A stretch of DNA of 64,000 nt from Macrostomum lignano (taxonomy: Eukaryota). This document shows positions 38,453 to 49,415 of this stretch, in pieces. The position numbers and the translations under genes are program-made. Each line of letters begins with the position of its first letter. Within the stretch, counting starts at the first letter, position 1. The stretch is from contig NIVC01003331.1 of assembly GCA_002269645.1 (NCBI GenBank), forward strand, positions 1 to 64,000. The letters are read 5' to 3'. Under the pieces are notes generated by a model, which saw only the letters and a program-made list of their open reading frames with translations, searched no databases and was not told where the DNA came from.

Positions 38453-40096
38453 ATGCCAAGCCGTGGAGAAGCAATAAAAAAACAACGCGAAACTTGCAGC
38501 GTCAAATCTTGCGACAATCCATCAGTAGAAGTTGGCTTAGTCGGTAACAATAAAGTTCTTTGCCAGGAGCACCTGGATAATGAGTCCGAGACAGTGCGCA
38601 AGCAAGCAGCTGATGTATCGTGGAAAATGAGACAGCTAGTTCCCGTAGCAAAACAACGAGCAAAGATGACGAAGGAACTGCAGGCTCTTACCATCGAGGT
38701 GCAGGAAGTCAACGAAATGTTCAACGCAGTTCAGGAAAAATTGCAGCAGTGGCGCCAGAAAACGGTGAACCGACTGCAGTTGGTGCACCAATCGGTGGCA
38801 GAGAGGCTGACAGACGCTGACGAAGCTGAGACCCGCGAGAAGGAGGCCTCGCTCGCCCTGGCCGCCCAGGAGATAAAAAAGTTGGCGGAGCTATCCAAGA
38901 AAAACAGCGCCTGGCTTGTAGACGCTTCTAAACGATGCAAAGATTTTAATAACAAGCGATACGAACTTCGAGAGTTTCAGCGTGACTACATCGACGCTGG
39001 TCCTAGAGCCGAGATGCGGCTAAGGTCGTTTGGCGACGTGGCCGCTGGAGTGCAACAGTTCCAGTCTACAATTGACGACCATATGACCAGCGTGATGACC
39101 GACTGCTGGCTTGATTTGGACAATAACGGTGACGATATCGATGATCTTGATATCACGCCTGTTTCATCCAATCAAGTGTTCCAGGTGAATCTTCAGTCTG
39201 AGCCGAAGTTCTTGGCAGCCTGTAGCAACACAGCTGGCTTTGTAGTCAATTCGGTCGGTTTTGTAAAGCGATCAGCTGATTGCACTGGCCGCGGCAACGT
39301 TAGACCTCTTGGCGCACCGTGCGTATTTTTCGAAAGACAAACCGACGAAAAGCAGAGCATTCTGGCGTTTTCAGCTGAGCTTAAAAAAGTTTTGAATGTC
39401 GAGTGCGATTTCAGCTCAACGTCAGGTAAAATCACTGGGCTGCACTGTGACAGCAACCGGCAGCAGTTGTTTGTGACGCATCGCAGCACTGTAACTGTGA
39501 CTGACCTTAGCGGCGGTTTGGTCAAAGTGATCAGTGGCAGCAGCTTTGACGGCGTCAGCAGATCGTTCGACGCCATTGCGGGCAATTCTGACAAGCTTTG
39601 CTTCCTTGATTTGGCAAAGCAGTGCGTTTTTTCTATCGACAAAGACTCTTCTGAATTGCTGTCAGTGATTGACTTGTGGCCTCTTCACGATAAAGGAATT
39701 TTCTTCACCGATCTAGCTCTTGTCGGCAGCAAATTGCTGCTGTTTAACTGGGGCGTTCTTGAATCGGTGCTGAAAATCTGCGGCATCACTGGCCAAGCCA
39801 TCAGTTCGCTGCCGGACAAAGACTCCGACGATGACGAGGAACCCGTTGACGCGGCCGCGAGAGTTAGGAGGCTGGCCATTGATAGCAAAGGCTTCATTGT
39901 TAAATTGACCGGCAATGAAATTGTCATCTCAACTGGCAATGATGTTTTTGTTGACTCGTTTGAGCTTCCTGTCAAGGAGACTGGACTTTGTGGCCATATT
40001 GAACGTCTGGAGCTGGTTGAAAAAGACAACGCGAGGTGGTTGGCCTTCACTTCTAATAGGAACCGGTTGGTCCTTCTGAAGTTGGCTTATAATTAG
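38453..40096 (+). CDS. Intronless 547-aa TRIM-like protein: degenerate B-box-like Cys/His motif, long coiled coil, putative C-terminal beta-propeller (NHL/WD-like), no RING
   Basis: Uninterrupted ATG-TAG ORF with coding-like composition. CSVKSC..LCQEH, a heptad-rich region at ~aa45-190, and beta-strand-rich repeats (ITGLHCD..LFVTH, IAGNSDKLCFLD, LAIDSKG). The domain call is by eye. Confidence 0.75.
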   Translation: MPSRGEAIKKQRETCSVKSCDNPSVEVGLVGNNKVLCQEHLDNESETVRKQAADVSWKMRQLVPVAKQRAKMTKELQALTIEVQEVNEMFNAVQEKLQQWRQKTVNRLQLVHQSVAERLTDADEAETREKEASLALAAQEIKKLAELSKKNSAWLVDASKRCKDFNNKRYELREFQRDYIDAGPRAEMRLRSFGDVAAGVQQFQSTIDDHMTSVMTDCWLDLDNNGDDIDDLDITPVSSNQVFQVNLQSEPKFLAACSNTAGFVVNSVGFVKRSADCTGRGNVRPLGAPCVFFERQTDEKQSILAFSAELKKVLNVECDFSSTSGKITGLHCDSNRQQLFVTHRSTVTVTDLSGGLVKVISGSSFDGVSRSFDAIAGNSDKLCFLDLAKQCVFSIDKDSSELLSVIDLWPLHDKGIFFTDLALVGSKLLLFNWGVLESVLKICGITGQAISSLPDKDSDDDEEPVDAAARVRRLAIDSKGFIVKLTGNEIVISTGNDVFVDSFELPVKETGLCGHIERLELVEKDNARWLAFTSNRNRLVLLKLAYN

Positions 40097-40724
40097 CACG
40101 ATTTAACATTTCCATGATGGTGCTTCATTTGACTTGTCACTTAGCAAGCGTTTCATTGGCTTAGGCTTTTATCTTAATTAGTCTGAAATTTGTTTGTTTT
40201 CTTTTTAGTTAGCCCGTAAAATAGTAAAACACTAAAATTCGGTTAAAGTGTTGGTCATTTCAATGATTCCACCAGTCCCATGTTTACTCAGTTTTTATCA
40301 CATTTAAGGCTCAATTCGAGTCGCATTTTTTGTTTGTGGTTTCTTTTGTTAGACGTTTGGTGCATTTTCGTACATTTCGTTTTATGTTTTTCTTAACCCA
40401 CAAAGCAGTTGATGTTTTACTGGGTTTCTTATAATTTCTAAAATTTTCCAAGTTTAAGATCTTCCTATTCGTTGTTTTTATGTTCATTTACAGTTTATGT
40501 GTGTTATTGCTTGTAAGCATTTATTGTTTACAAAATATATCTTATTTTTCGTTCTGTGTTGTTGTTTTAAAAAAAATGCTATTGCTCTTGGCCGTTGGCC
40601 TGATCTAATTCACTGACGTTATTAACACTTCTGTATCTATTATCAGGTGAGGCCAAGATAGGTTAAGCAATGAGTCATTAAGGCTACAATTCATAAAGCA
40701 ATTAAAAGCAATGCTAGAATCTAG

Positions 40725-40995
40725 GAAGATCAGAGAGTGAGAATACAGAAGAGAGAAGAAAGGTAAGGGGGAGAAGAGAGTGAGGGAGAGGAGGGGGAGA
40801 GAGAAGAGGGGGAAGAGAGAGGAAAGGGAGAAAAGAGAAAGGAAAGGAGGGAGAGAGAGGAGAGAGGAAAAGACCGGAGAGGGGAAAAGAGAGAAGGGGG
40901 GAAGAGAGAGGAGAAAGGAGAGTGTAGAGGGGGAGAAGAGAGTGAGGGAGAGGAAGGGAGAGGGGACAGGAGAAGAGAGAGGTGAGAGAGCCACA
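40725..40995. repeat. A/G-rich low-complexity tract
   Basis: gagagaagaggggg-type purine run. Confidence 0.9.
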
Positions 40996-40997
40996 AA

Positions 40998-41085
40998 CCT
41001 TTAGCGGGCCGAATTGCTATTTTGAAGTTTCAAAGAACCCGAGGGCCGGATAGAGAGGCTTCGCGGGCCGGAGTGCCGACCCCTG
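40998..41085. mobile_element. hAT (Charlie/SPIN-like) non-autonomous element end
   Basis: Ends gcgggccggagtgccgacccctg (reverse complement CAGGGGTCGGCA..), with repeated gggccg subterminal motifs. The partner TIR was not found. Confidence 0.55.
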
Positions 41086-41530
41086 CGCTAAACTATGTAC
41101 ATTTCCTAAGTAAAACCATTATACTGTATCTAGCTTTTAATTTGAACGAACGAAAGCATTTCCTAAGGTAAATTATATTTGAATGGATAAAGAAAAGCTT
41201 CATCAATATGCATATGCTTCGAAACAGCCTGTCAGCTGGCTTAATTCACGCCAATTCATGAGAATTCAAATAGCATGCCTCTTGTTGAAGACATCTCTTC
41301 TCTTCTCTTTTTCTTTTGATTAAAATTCAGAAGCCAGAAACACATAAGAGCTTTCAGTTTGATAATGGCTTGGGAATTGTCACAGCTGGCATCTGCAAAT
41401 AAAAAATGCTTGTCAGTCACGCTGATTCCCAATTATCTTTAATAGCGTGAAAAACAGCAAAAAAATTAAAGAGAAAATTTGCATGATACGACATCTCAAA
41501 GCTATAGAACGGTTGTCAAGTTCGACGACA

Positions 41531-42589
41531 ATGTGTCTAATAGCCAGAATTCGATTCGCCATGCTGCTAGTTAGCGCATGGCCGTTACTATCGGCTGTTG
41601 ACTGCGCTAAACAGTGGTGCAAATACTTCTCACCGCTGTGCATCAACGAGAGCTCCTCTCTGAGTTCGTGGCAATCCCAAAACCTGCAAAGCTGCATGCT
41701 CAAAGCGTCGAGCACCGGCCATTCTGATGACGACCTCGTCCTGCAGTGGGACAGGCAGACAGGTGCGTGCTCGCTCTTCCACTACCAGCGCGTGTGCCGC
41801 GTCCTGCAGTCAGTTGAAGCCCAGCTAATTGGCACTGACCAGGTGCTGAGCAGCAAGCAAGAAGCGGCGCAGTGTTATGTGTTTCGAACCAAATCGTTGA
41901 CAAACTGCGATACCTCGGTGCACGACCGACTACTGGGTCTGTGGCTGGCTGGAGGCGGACACCGATTTGGCAACCTGGCGTGCCAGGGCGATGCTCCGGG
42001 AAGCAGCGGCAGCAGCCATCGACTGGAAAGTGGGAACCTGCAGTGGACCGAAGAGGGCGCCGTGTTCGACGGGGTGTCCTCATATGCGCTGCTCAACGAC
42101 AGTCGCTTCTCTGGAGCCGCCTTTGCTGGCGGGTTCACTTGGCTGATGCGGCTGAAGAGAAAGCCAAGGGTCCAGCCGTTCATAGAGGCGGTGTCTTGCT
42201 CCGATCCTGTCAGCATAACTTTCGGTCCTCATCTGTGGGAATACAGTCAAGCAGGCCAACTCTATTTTAATGCAAGGAACTATTACTACGTAAAATCTGC
42301 AGTCGGACTGCTATCTTTAGATGAAAACACCTGGATGGACGTGGCGTTTTCTGCTACCGTTTCTTACACTGCAGAATCTGCCCTATTTTATAACAAAGGG
42401 TTTATTGTACCCTCTGCAGTTGGGTCGGCAGTTCTCGGCGGATCTCCTTCGTGTTTTGCTGTTTCGATCGGCCGTCGCTTCTATGCTGGACACACTGCCC
42501 ATTTAATAGGCGTTGTTTCTGCTGTGGCTATCGCCAATTTCAGCATGAATGAGAAACAGATTAACAACTTTTTCAGCGCTTTGCCTTGA
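41531..42589 (+). CDS. Intronless secreted protein: signal peptide, Cys-containing (PAN/apple-like) region, concanavalin A-like/LamG domain
   Basis: Likely start at 41531 or 41561 (cgccATG), with hydrophobic MLLVSAWPLLSAVDC. C-terminal LLGLWLAGG..GAVFDGVSSYALL..FTWLMRLK..TWMDVAFS..LFYNKG..LIGVVSAVAIANFSMNEKQI fits LamG_3. Confidence 0.8.
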   Translation: MCLIARIRFAMLLVSAWPLLSAVDCAKQWCKYFSPLCINESSSLSSWQSQNLQSCMLKASSTGHSDDDLVLQWDRQTGACSLFHYQRVCRVLQSVEAQLIGTDQVLSSKQEAAQCYVFRTKSLTNCDTSVHDRLLGLWLAGGGHRFGNLACQGDAPGSSGSSHRLESGNLQWTEEGAVFDGVSSYALLNDSRFSGAAFAGGFTWLMRLKRKPRVQPFIEAVSCSDPVSITFGPHLWEYSQAGQLYFNARNYYYVKSAVGLLSLDENTWMDVAFSATVSYTAESALFYNKGFIVPSAVGSAVLGGSPSCFAVSIGRRFYAGHTAHLIGVVSAVAIANFSMNEKQINNFFSALP

Positions 42590-42684
42590 GCCCTCTTTAT
42601 CATGTAAATTCGAATTCGAATTAGCACTCTATTTTCTTAATAAAGCTCATTGTCAAGCTGTCAAGCATTGTTATAAAACCGCGC

Positions 42685-42894
42685 GTCGAGAGGCATTACT
42701 GCCCATCCCGCCGACTCCCCCTGAGCAGACATACGCACAGGCACACACTCACACAGGAATGTACAGAGGCCCGGACTTAATTTATCGTTAGGCATGTACA
42801 CTTCACTGCGCCTTGGGGGTTGGTCCTCAAGACCATTAATTGCACGAGATTCCAATTGTGCCCCAAATTAACGCGACTGCACTTGGAATCGAGC
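42685..42894 (-). mobile_element. Dispersed SINE-like family, copy 1
   Basis: Shares gctcgattccaagtgcagtc, cccccaaggcgcagtgaagtgtacatgcctaacgataaa and tgtgagtgtgtgcctgtgcgt with copies at 47862, 51850 and 62560. Confidence 0.85.
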
Positions 42895-43400
42895 TATACG
42901 TGATGTACCTGTTTTGATGTTCGCTAGACGCTTATGCCTTGGATCAAAAAAATCATTTGTTTGTTATAATTTAGCACTGCGCGTTCTTCGCGTATCACAC
43001 ACTGAGCCCTGTTTTGTCAAAATTTCCACCAAGAATCGCTGGAAACTTATGAGCATTGCTAATTTATTTTGTTATAAAAATAAAAAAAATAAATTTTTGA
43101 TTTGCTACAAATTTGCTCTTCTTTTTCTTTTTTATTGAAAAGAGCAACATTAATTATTTTGTTAAATCCATAATCTTAAGCCGATATAAATACTCATAAA
43201 CACAAAACTTAGTTATGTAAGTTAATATAATTTTCCGAAATTTAATTTACATAAAAGATAAATAAGCGTTACAGTTCTGAACAATATCGTCATGTTGCAA
43301 TCAGCTGTAAAGTAGAAAAATATTAGAAACGATCATAGCATAACGAAACCGGCAATTCACAAGCAAAGACTCAGAATTCGAATGCTGCAGTATAAAAGGT

Positions 43401-45038
43401 CTAGCTGGTGACCGCAGCTGTTGTCGCCTCTCGATACCAGGCGTCATCATCGAGCGGAGCAAAGCGAACATTGCCGGCGCCCATGTAATTGTTCCACAGG
43501 GTGCTCTGACCTTTGACCTCGATGTGCGGCAGCTCTTTGTGCGCGTCAGCCAACGAAAGCATCGGTCGTTGAGTCCTTCGCCGATCGTGATAGCCCGCTT
43601 CGTCGTAGTCGTCATCGTCGTTGTAGGTCTCCGTTGCCGGCGTTGTCAGCGGCCGCTCGCCTGGGCGCTGGGCGCTGGAGAAAGTCGACGTTGACGAGCT
43701 TCCGTCGACGCCGCGCAGCTGTTTTCGTCGTCGCTCTCCGGCCGGATTCCGACGCCACGATTGCAGTAGGCGGGGATCTGTCAGGTCAAGCTCGCCGTCG
43801 CCCCCTCGTCGTGACTCCAACTCGAGCTGCTCCCGACGGCGAGCCCTCTCGAGCGCTCCGCCGAACAGCTGGCCAAGGTCCGCCTCGGCCTCGTCCATGA
43901 GCCGATCGGCGGAATCGCGGACTGGTCGCTCGTCCAGAATGCGTCGAGTGGCTACACCGAACGTGACAGCCATCTGCTGCATGTGCCGATGCTCGCGCCA
44001 CTCGTCCAGCCGCTTGCGTCGGCGCTCCTTCAGGCGTTCAAGTTCCAATTCGTCGGCCGATTTTTCCTCTTTCTTGGTGAAGTCAACGTTAAAGCTGCTG
44101 AGCTTGGGCCGCTCAGCTCGTGGGAATAGCTCCTCGAGCATGCGGTTCTGCTGAGCGCGCGACATGCTATGAAAGCCGCCGCCGCTGCGAGCACCAGCAG
44201 CGTTTCGGCTCGCGCCCAGCTGGAGCGTATCGTCCGTTCTTTCCCAGTGCAACGTGGGATGCAACTCTTGATCGTCCGCTTGTAGCAGATCATCTCCAGC
44301 TGCAGAGTGTGCACCCGAACCGGCACCGGCGGCACCAGTCATGTGTCTGCGCTGCCGTCGTCCAAGCGCCGACGTCTCCGTAGGCCGCAGCAGTCCTTTG
44401 GTTTGAAGCTCGCCCAACCAGAATTGGTCGTGATCGTCGCGCGATCTAAACTGCTGTTTCTGCTCGCGCTGCACCAGCCGGTAGTACTTTGATTTGGCTA
44501 CGTCGGCGACGAACTGCGAGTCGGTGGCGAGGTCCACCTTGTCTAGACGCTTGTGCAGTTTGTGCTGCTCCTTTTTCCGCGCCGCCGCCTTTGCAGAGGC
44601 CTCCCTGGCGGCTTCGGCTTTTGCCCGCTCGCGTTCTTCACGGTCGCGCTCAACTTTAGCCTGCAGTCGGTCGTAATGATCCAGGTAGGTGTAGAACCTT
44701 TCTTGCTCCTCCGGTTGCATCAGCGACATCAAGCGCTGGTCTCGTTGCTTTTTTCTGGCCAGCTCCTCCTTGGGATCGAGCTCAAGCAGCACAACTTCTT
44801 GACCGAACGGACGATTGGCTCGACGGCGTTTCCACTCCTCGAAAGAGGGCATGTCTCGGTTGGAAGGCATCCTTAGCGCGTCAGAATGCTGCTGCTGCGG
44901 CTGTTGTTGCTGCTGCTGCTGACTTTCCAATTGTTGCGGCTGCTTCTGCTGTGAGCTACCCACCAGATAGTGAAATGTGCACACTCTGCTTCGGCTTGTA
45001 GCGCTGCCGTCTCCGAACACCCGCTGGTCGTCAGTCAT
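43401..45038 (-). CDS. Intronless 545-aa hypothetical protein with poly-Gln N-terminus and charged coiled coils; no family recognised
   Basis: Long ATG-TAG ORF with GC-rich coding-like codon usage and E/R/K-rich helical segments. Confidence 0.85.
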   Translation of the reverse strand: MTDDQRVFGDGSATSRSRVCTFHYLVGSSQQKQPQQLESQQQQQQQPQQQHSDALRMPSNRDMPSFEEWKRRRANRPFGQEVVLLELDPKEELARKKQRDQRLMSLMQPEEQERFYTYLDHYDRLQAKVERDREERERAKAEAAREASAKAAARKKEQHKLHKRLDKVDLATDSQFVADVAKSKYYRLVQREQKQQFRSRDDHDQFWLGELQTKGLLRPTETSALGRRQRRHMTGAAGAGSGAHSAAGDDLLQADDQELHPTLHWERTDDTLQLGASRNAAGARSGGGFHSMSRAQQNRMLEELFPRAERPKLSSFNVDFTKKEEKSADELELERLKERRRKRLDEWREHRHMQQMAVTFGVATRRILDERPVRDSADRLMDEAEADLGQLFGGALERARRREQLELESRRGGDGELDLTDPRLLQSWRRNPAGERRRKQLRGVDGSSSTSTFSSAQRPGERPLTTPATETYNDDDDYDEAGYHDRRRTQRPMLSLADAHKELPHIEVKGQSTLWNNYMGAGNVRFAPLDDDAWYREATTAAVTS

Positions 45039-45963
45039 TTTTTATTTTTAATTCGTGGACACTTTGCACAGTGCTGGGCAAGAGAAGCTAAGGAGGGGAG
45101 GTCGGCCGTTGTGCGCAGAAAAATGTGCAGCAAAATTGTGCCGAAGAATTCAATGCCACTATGTCTATTATTCTTTTCTGCTTTCACTATGAAAGGTAGC
45201 GTCGCACTGTATTCGTATGGAGCTAATGAATGATGAGCACCAGGGGGCTGTGCTGTGCGCAGACCTTACCAAGCCATGGCAACCCTGGCTAGAGAGCATC
45301 CAGAGTGAAGGGAAGAGAGGATTGGTAGGAATCGCGGGCAGGTGAAGGAAGAGAGTACGCTCTAGGCTTGGCAAGTAAGGCTTCACCTGCCCGCCCCCCC
45401 CCCCAGCAATGCATTGATCGAACGCGGCGTCTCCATGACAACGCGAGTGAGTTTCTTGCTGGCTGCATTTTAAAAAAAACGCTGCTGCTTCTTTTTCATC
45501 TTGGCTCTTAATTTGCTTCGTCTCTCTCCACACTCTCTGCCCAGCTCGCTCTATTTTCCTTCCCCGCATGCGACCGTTTTATATGCAGGAATATCGCCTC
45601 ACCTGCAGGTCCACCTGCAGCAGATGCTCACGTTAGGTAGAGCTGTACAGACTGCTTCTCTATCTGTGTCAATTCTTCCTTCTATTGAACGTTTCTGAAA
45701 CATGCTGAGTTCTGCTGCCAGCTGCAAGACAGGGCGCCAATGCGCAATTGCTCCGCTACTTACAGTAGCAAGTTGCGATACAGAGAATTCAATCTAACAT
45801 ATTATCAATTTGATTTTAAGAAGCGAAAAGGAAAGGCACGATTTATAGTATCAGATGATAATATGTGCAAATATTGTAGTTTGTTTGAAATCGCTTTTTT
45901 CATTGTTGGTATCTTCAATTTGAGACTTAAAAAGGATAAGAAACACACATTTAGGCGTGACGT

Positions 45964-46056
45964 AGTGGGGTGTCGTAGACTAGTGGTCCAGCGCGGCGCT
46001 CTGGTGTGCCAGCGGCCGGAGATCGCAAGACAAATGTGACTTTGCTTTGCGATCTC
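45964..46056 (+). mobile_element. tRNA-like SINE head fragment followed by a 10-bp inverted repeat
   Basis: ggggtgtcgtagactagtggtccagcgcggcgctctggtgtgccag (A-box TAGACTAGTGG) matches the head of the 62560 copy. gagatcgcaa...ttgcgatctc follows. Confidence 0.5.
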
Positions 46057-46380
46057 TAGTCCCGAACAACGCAAGGCATATCATAACAGTCGTGCCTTGC
46101 GTTTTCCTTGATTTGAGATCTCTGGGGGGTAAAAATGTACATGAGCGGTGTACAGACACGAGGCTACAACTCTGCCAAAGAATTACTGGTTGCATGTGCA
46201 GGGACTCACACGGCCCACACAGCTCTAGATGAGTTGTCGGTGTAATTGCGCAATGTATACAATTCATTCTCACTGATGCTCTAGTATTTTAAAAGCTATT
46301 AAATTAAGAATTTAGAAGGCTGCAAAGCGTGACTGAGGTACTTGCAGTTTCAAGTGGAGACAGACGTGGCAAGTCTAAAC

Positions 46381-46635
46381 CAAGTGTTCTTTAACGAGCT
46401 TGTATTGAACGAGTACGCCAAAATTCCCGGAGACTTGCCGGCCAAAGTGAGGGACAATTTGAAGCGCAAAATTCCAGAGAAAGTATAAAGGCTTTTCTTC
46501 CAAGACGGTCAATTGTTCTAAAAAGTGACAAACCGGAGCTGCTGCAAGAAAAGGCGCCCAGAACATCAGCGGCGTGTGCTTTTTACGGAGGATGAAGTCA
46601 GGGAAAAGATCAAAACACTGCACGTCGAGTCATGT
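46381..46635 (+). pseudogene. Fragment resembling the N-terminus of a Ginger/gypsy-integrase-like protein, with two in-frame stops
   Basis: YAKIPGDLPAKVRDNLKRKIPEKV*RLFFQDGQLF*KV..RRVLFTEDEVREKIKTLH resembles the segment preceding the HHCC finger. Confidence 0.4.
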
Positions 46636-47080
46636 TAAATGGGAATGAAGAGCACCACTGGCCTCTTTACTGTGCGATTTTACAGCGAAAACTTACTTAA
46701 AGCCACCCACCGGGACATGGGGAATGGGGGTTTTAGGGTGGCGAGATTCTTCATGTGGGGATCGATTTTTAACCTAAACTTTGATAGAGGCATGGGGTCT
46801 ATAGAAACATTAAAAAATTTCCTAACTCAGTAATTTTACATCCTTGAAGCACTTTCACTTAATCTTTTTGTTCCAAGACTAATCGTTTTAGTACATTATC
46901 GTTCTTTGACCCGGAAATCACAATCCGCATATCTCAAAACAAACCTTAGTTTTTCGGCAGGATGTTTCAACTTAGCTTGTGACTTCCGGGGAGACTGCAA
47001 GCACCCCTGAGAACGTAAAGCAGCTTGAGCTACCCGGACCGGATACTTTAAGACGCTTGAAACATCCGGGTGTCCAGGTG

Positions 47081-47812
47081 GAGATCAGAAAGCACTTGCA
47101 ATGTCCAGGGGGAGATCAGAAAGCACTTGCAATGTCCAAGGGGAGGTCAGAAAGCACTTGCAATGTCCAGGGGGAGATCAGAAAGCACTTGCAATGTCCA
47201 GGGGGAGATCAGAAAGCACTTGCAATGTCCAAGGGGAGATCAGAAAGCACTTGCAATGTCCAGGGGGAGATCAGAAAGCACTTGCAATGTCCAGGGGGAG
47301 ATCAGAAAGCACTTGCAATGTCCAAGGGGAGATCAGAAAGCACTTGCAACGTCCAGGGGGAGATCAGAAAGCACTTACAATGTCCAGAGGGAGATCAGAA
47401 AGCACTTGCAATGTCCAGGGGGAGATCAGAAAGCACTTGCAATGTCCAGGGGGAGATCAGAAAGCACTTGCAATGTCCAAGGGGAGATCAGAAAGCACTT
47501 GCAACGTCCAGGGGGAGATCAGAAAGCACTTGCAATGTCCAGAGGGAGATCAGAAAGCACTTGCAATGTCCAAGGGGAGATCAGAAAGCACTTGCAATGT
47601 CCAAGGGGAGATCAGAAAGCACTTGCAATGTCCAAGGGGAGATCAGAAAGCACTTGCAATGTCCAGAGGGAGATCAGAAAGCACTTGCAATGTCCAGAGG
47701 GAGATCAGAAAGCACTTGCAATGTCCAGGGGGAGATCAGAAAGCACTTGCAATGTCCAGGGGGGAGATCAGAAAGCACTTGCAATGTCCAGGGGGGATCA
47801 GAAAGCACTTGT
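47081..47812. repeat. 31-bp minisatellite, ~23 copies
   Basis: Unit gagatcagaaagcacttgcaatgtcca(g/a)ggg; period 31 (47081, 47112, 47143). Confidence 0.97.
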
Positions 47813-47861
47813 ACTATCTGGGCGGATAACACAAGACACGGATATCCGAAAGTATAACATC

Positions 47862-48170
47862 GGGCTCGATCCCAAGTGGCAGTCGCATTAATTTGGGCCT
47901 AAATTGGAATTTCGGCTTGGCTCTGCTCGTGCAAATTGACGCCATTGAGGGTCAACCCCCAAGGCACAGTAAATTGTACATGCCTAACGATAAACAAAGT
48001 CAGGGCCGCTGTAAACTCCTGTGTGAGTGTGTGCCTGTGCGTATGACTGCTCAAGGGCAGTCGGTGGAATGGGCATGAGTAATGCCTTCCGCCGGTTGTG
48101 AGACAATGTCGCTTAAAGTGCGCCAGAGTGCACACAGCTCACTGCCTCTAACTAACTTAAGTAACTAATG
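47862..48170 (+). mobile_element. Dispersed SINE-like family, copy 2, with (ctaa)-like tail
   Basis: Runs from gggctcgatcccaagtggcagtcgcattaatttggg to cacacag, followed by ctaactaacttaagtaactaa. Confidence 0.85.
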
Positions 48171-49415
48171 TTATGGCCTTTAAAGTTTTTTATTCCATTA
48201 GACAATGCAAGACGCCTTCCGCTTATAGGTTTGAATTAAGCAACAAATTTGAATCTAAATATACTACTAACCTAACGCTGTCATTTTGTTGAGCAGCAAC
48301 TTATCGACTACTTTTTTACGAGCTTGCAACTTGGTTGTTTCCGGACCAGCGACATTTAAATTGGTCTCCTAATTGAGCTTTCTATTTAATGAAAAATTGA
48401 ACGCATTGTGCAAATTGAAGAGTGATTTTAAAAATAGATCTTTTAAATGCTCTCTTGCTCCCTGCCGATGCTGTTGTTGAACATTTCAATAGACATTTCC
48501 GATACTGAATTAACGAAGTAGTCGTCTATTTGTTATTTCTTTGCCATGGGAGCCAGCAATGTTTGAAGACAAAGCCCGCAAAGCCAAAAAATTGACAAAG
48601 CCTTTCAAGACTCAATGTGAATGAATCGAAAAAAGTAAACTATAGATAGTAAAGATCTTTTCTACATGGATTCCATGAGGGCCTCAACTTTTTCATCGAG
48701 ATATTCCCTGCCTAAGGGTTCATCCTTGCGTGGCATCCATAGCCGAATAGATAGCGGTACCGCTGCGGGGCGAAAGCTGCAAGACTGACAGATAAACATG
48801 TAATGCTGTGTATGACTGCACGCTTTTTTCCACAGCTGCAGGCCCGACCCGTGACAATAGCGACTGCTGCTGCTCCCAGCCGCTGGAGACAGCTGCTGCA
48901 GTTCGCGGACACAAAAGAAGCTTAGAATCTTACTGCTGGGGCGTGTGGGCGAGAGTCAGACCTGCAAGCCACCCGGGCACTTCAGCTGGTTTGTCCTTCC
49001 ACTAAGCCAAGTACCTCCCCCTGCGTCTGCCTCTACGCATCTCTATTCACTCTTCCAGTCTCTTTTTTACCATTCATTCGTTGTTGTCGTCCATAGTAAC
49101 CAGCCATTCTCTTTCTGCAAAGCTGATTTGCTGAGTGTGGCCCGGCAGGGAAACTGGAAGGGGGACGCGGGGTGGAGACGGCAGGAATTATCCCCCAATT
49201 ACTAATTATTGCTGAGTGGCTGGGGGATTTCGGCTCTGCGGCCAGCCAATTCGGATCAGAGCAGGGGGTGAGAGCTCTTAGGACTAGAAATCTATTACTG
49301 ATAAGTTAAGCCGCATCCTTTGTCGCAGTATCCGTGCAGCCGGTTTAGTGGTTCCTTCCGGACACTTTCACTCACTCTATAAAGTCATTAGACCTCGCAC
49401 AAAGACGCAGTGGTC

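Noticed and set aside
38428-40050. Antisense and alternative-frame ORFs over the 547-aa gene (likewise over 41447-42589, 43401-45038 and 60698-61318)
   Set aside because: Shadow ORFs of GC-rich coding sequence with no independent motifs.
41447-41530. GTG-initiated N-terminal extension of the LamG protein
   Set aside because: Eukaryotic context; the A-rich stretch looks like 5-prime UTR, and the signal peptide starts at the downstream ATGs.
48836-48988. Extra coding exon for TRAF (ttttttccacag|...|gtttgt, one open frame)
   Set aside because: Splicing to the acceptor at 49391 would not be in frame with ATG 49416; at most a 5-prime UTR exon, and unsupported.
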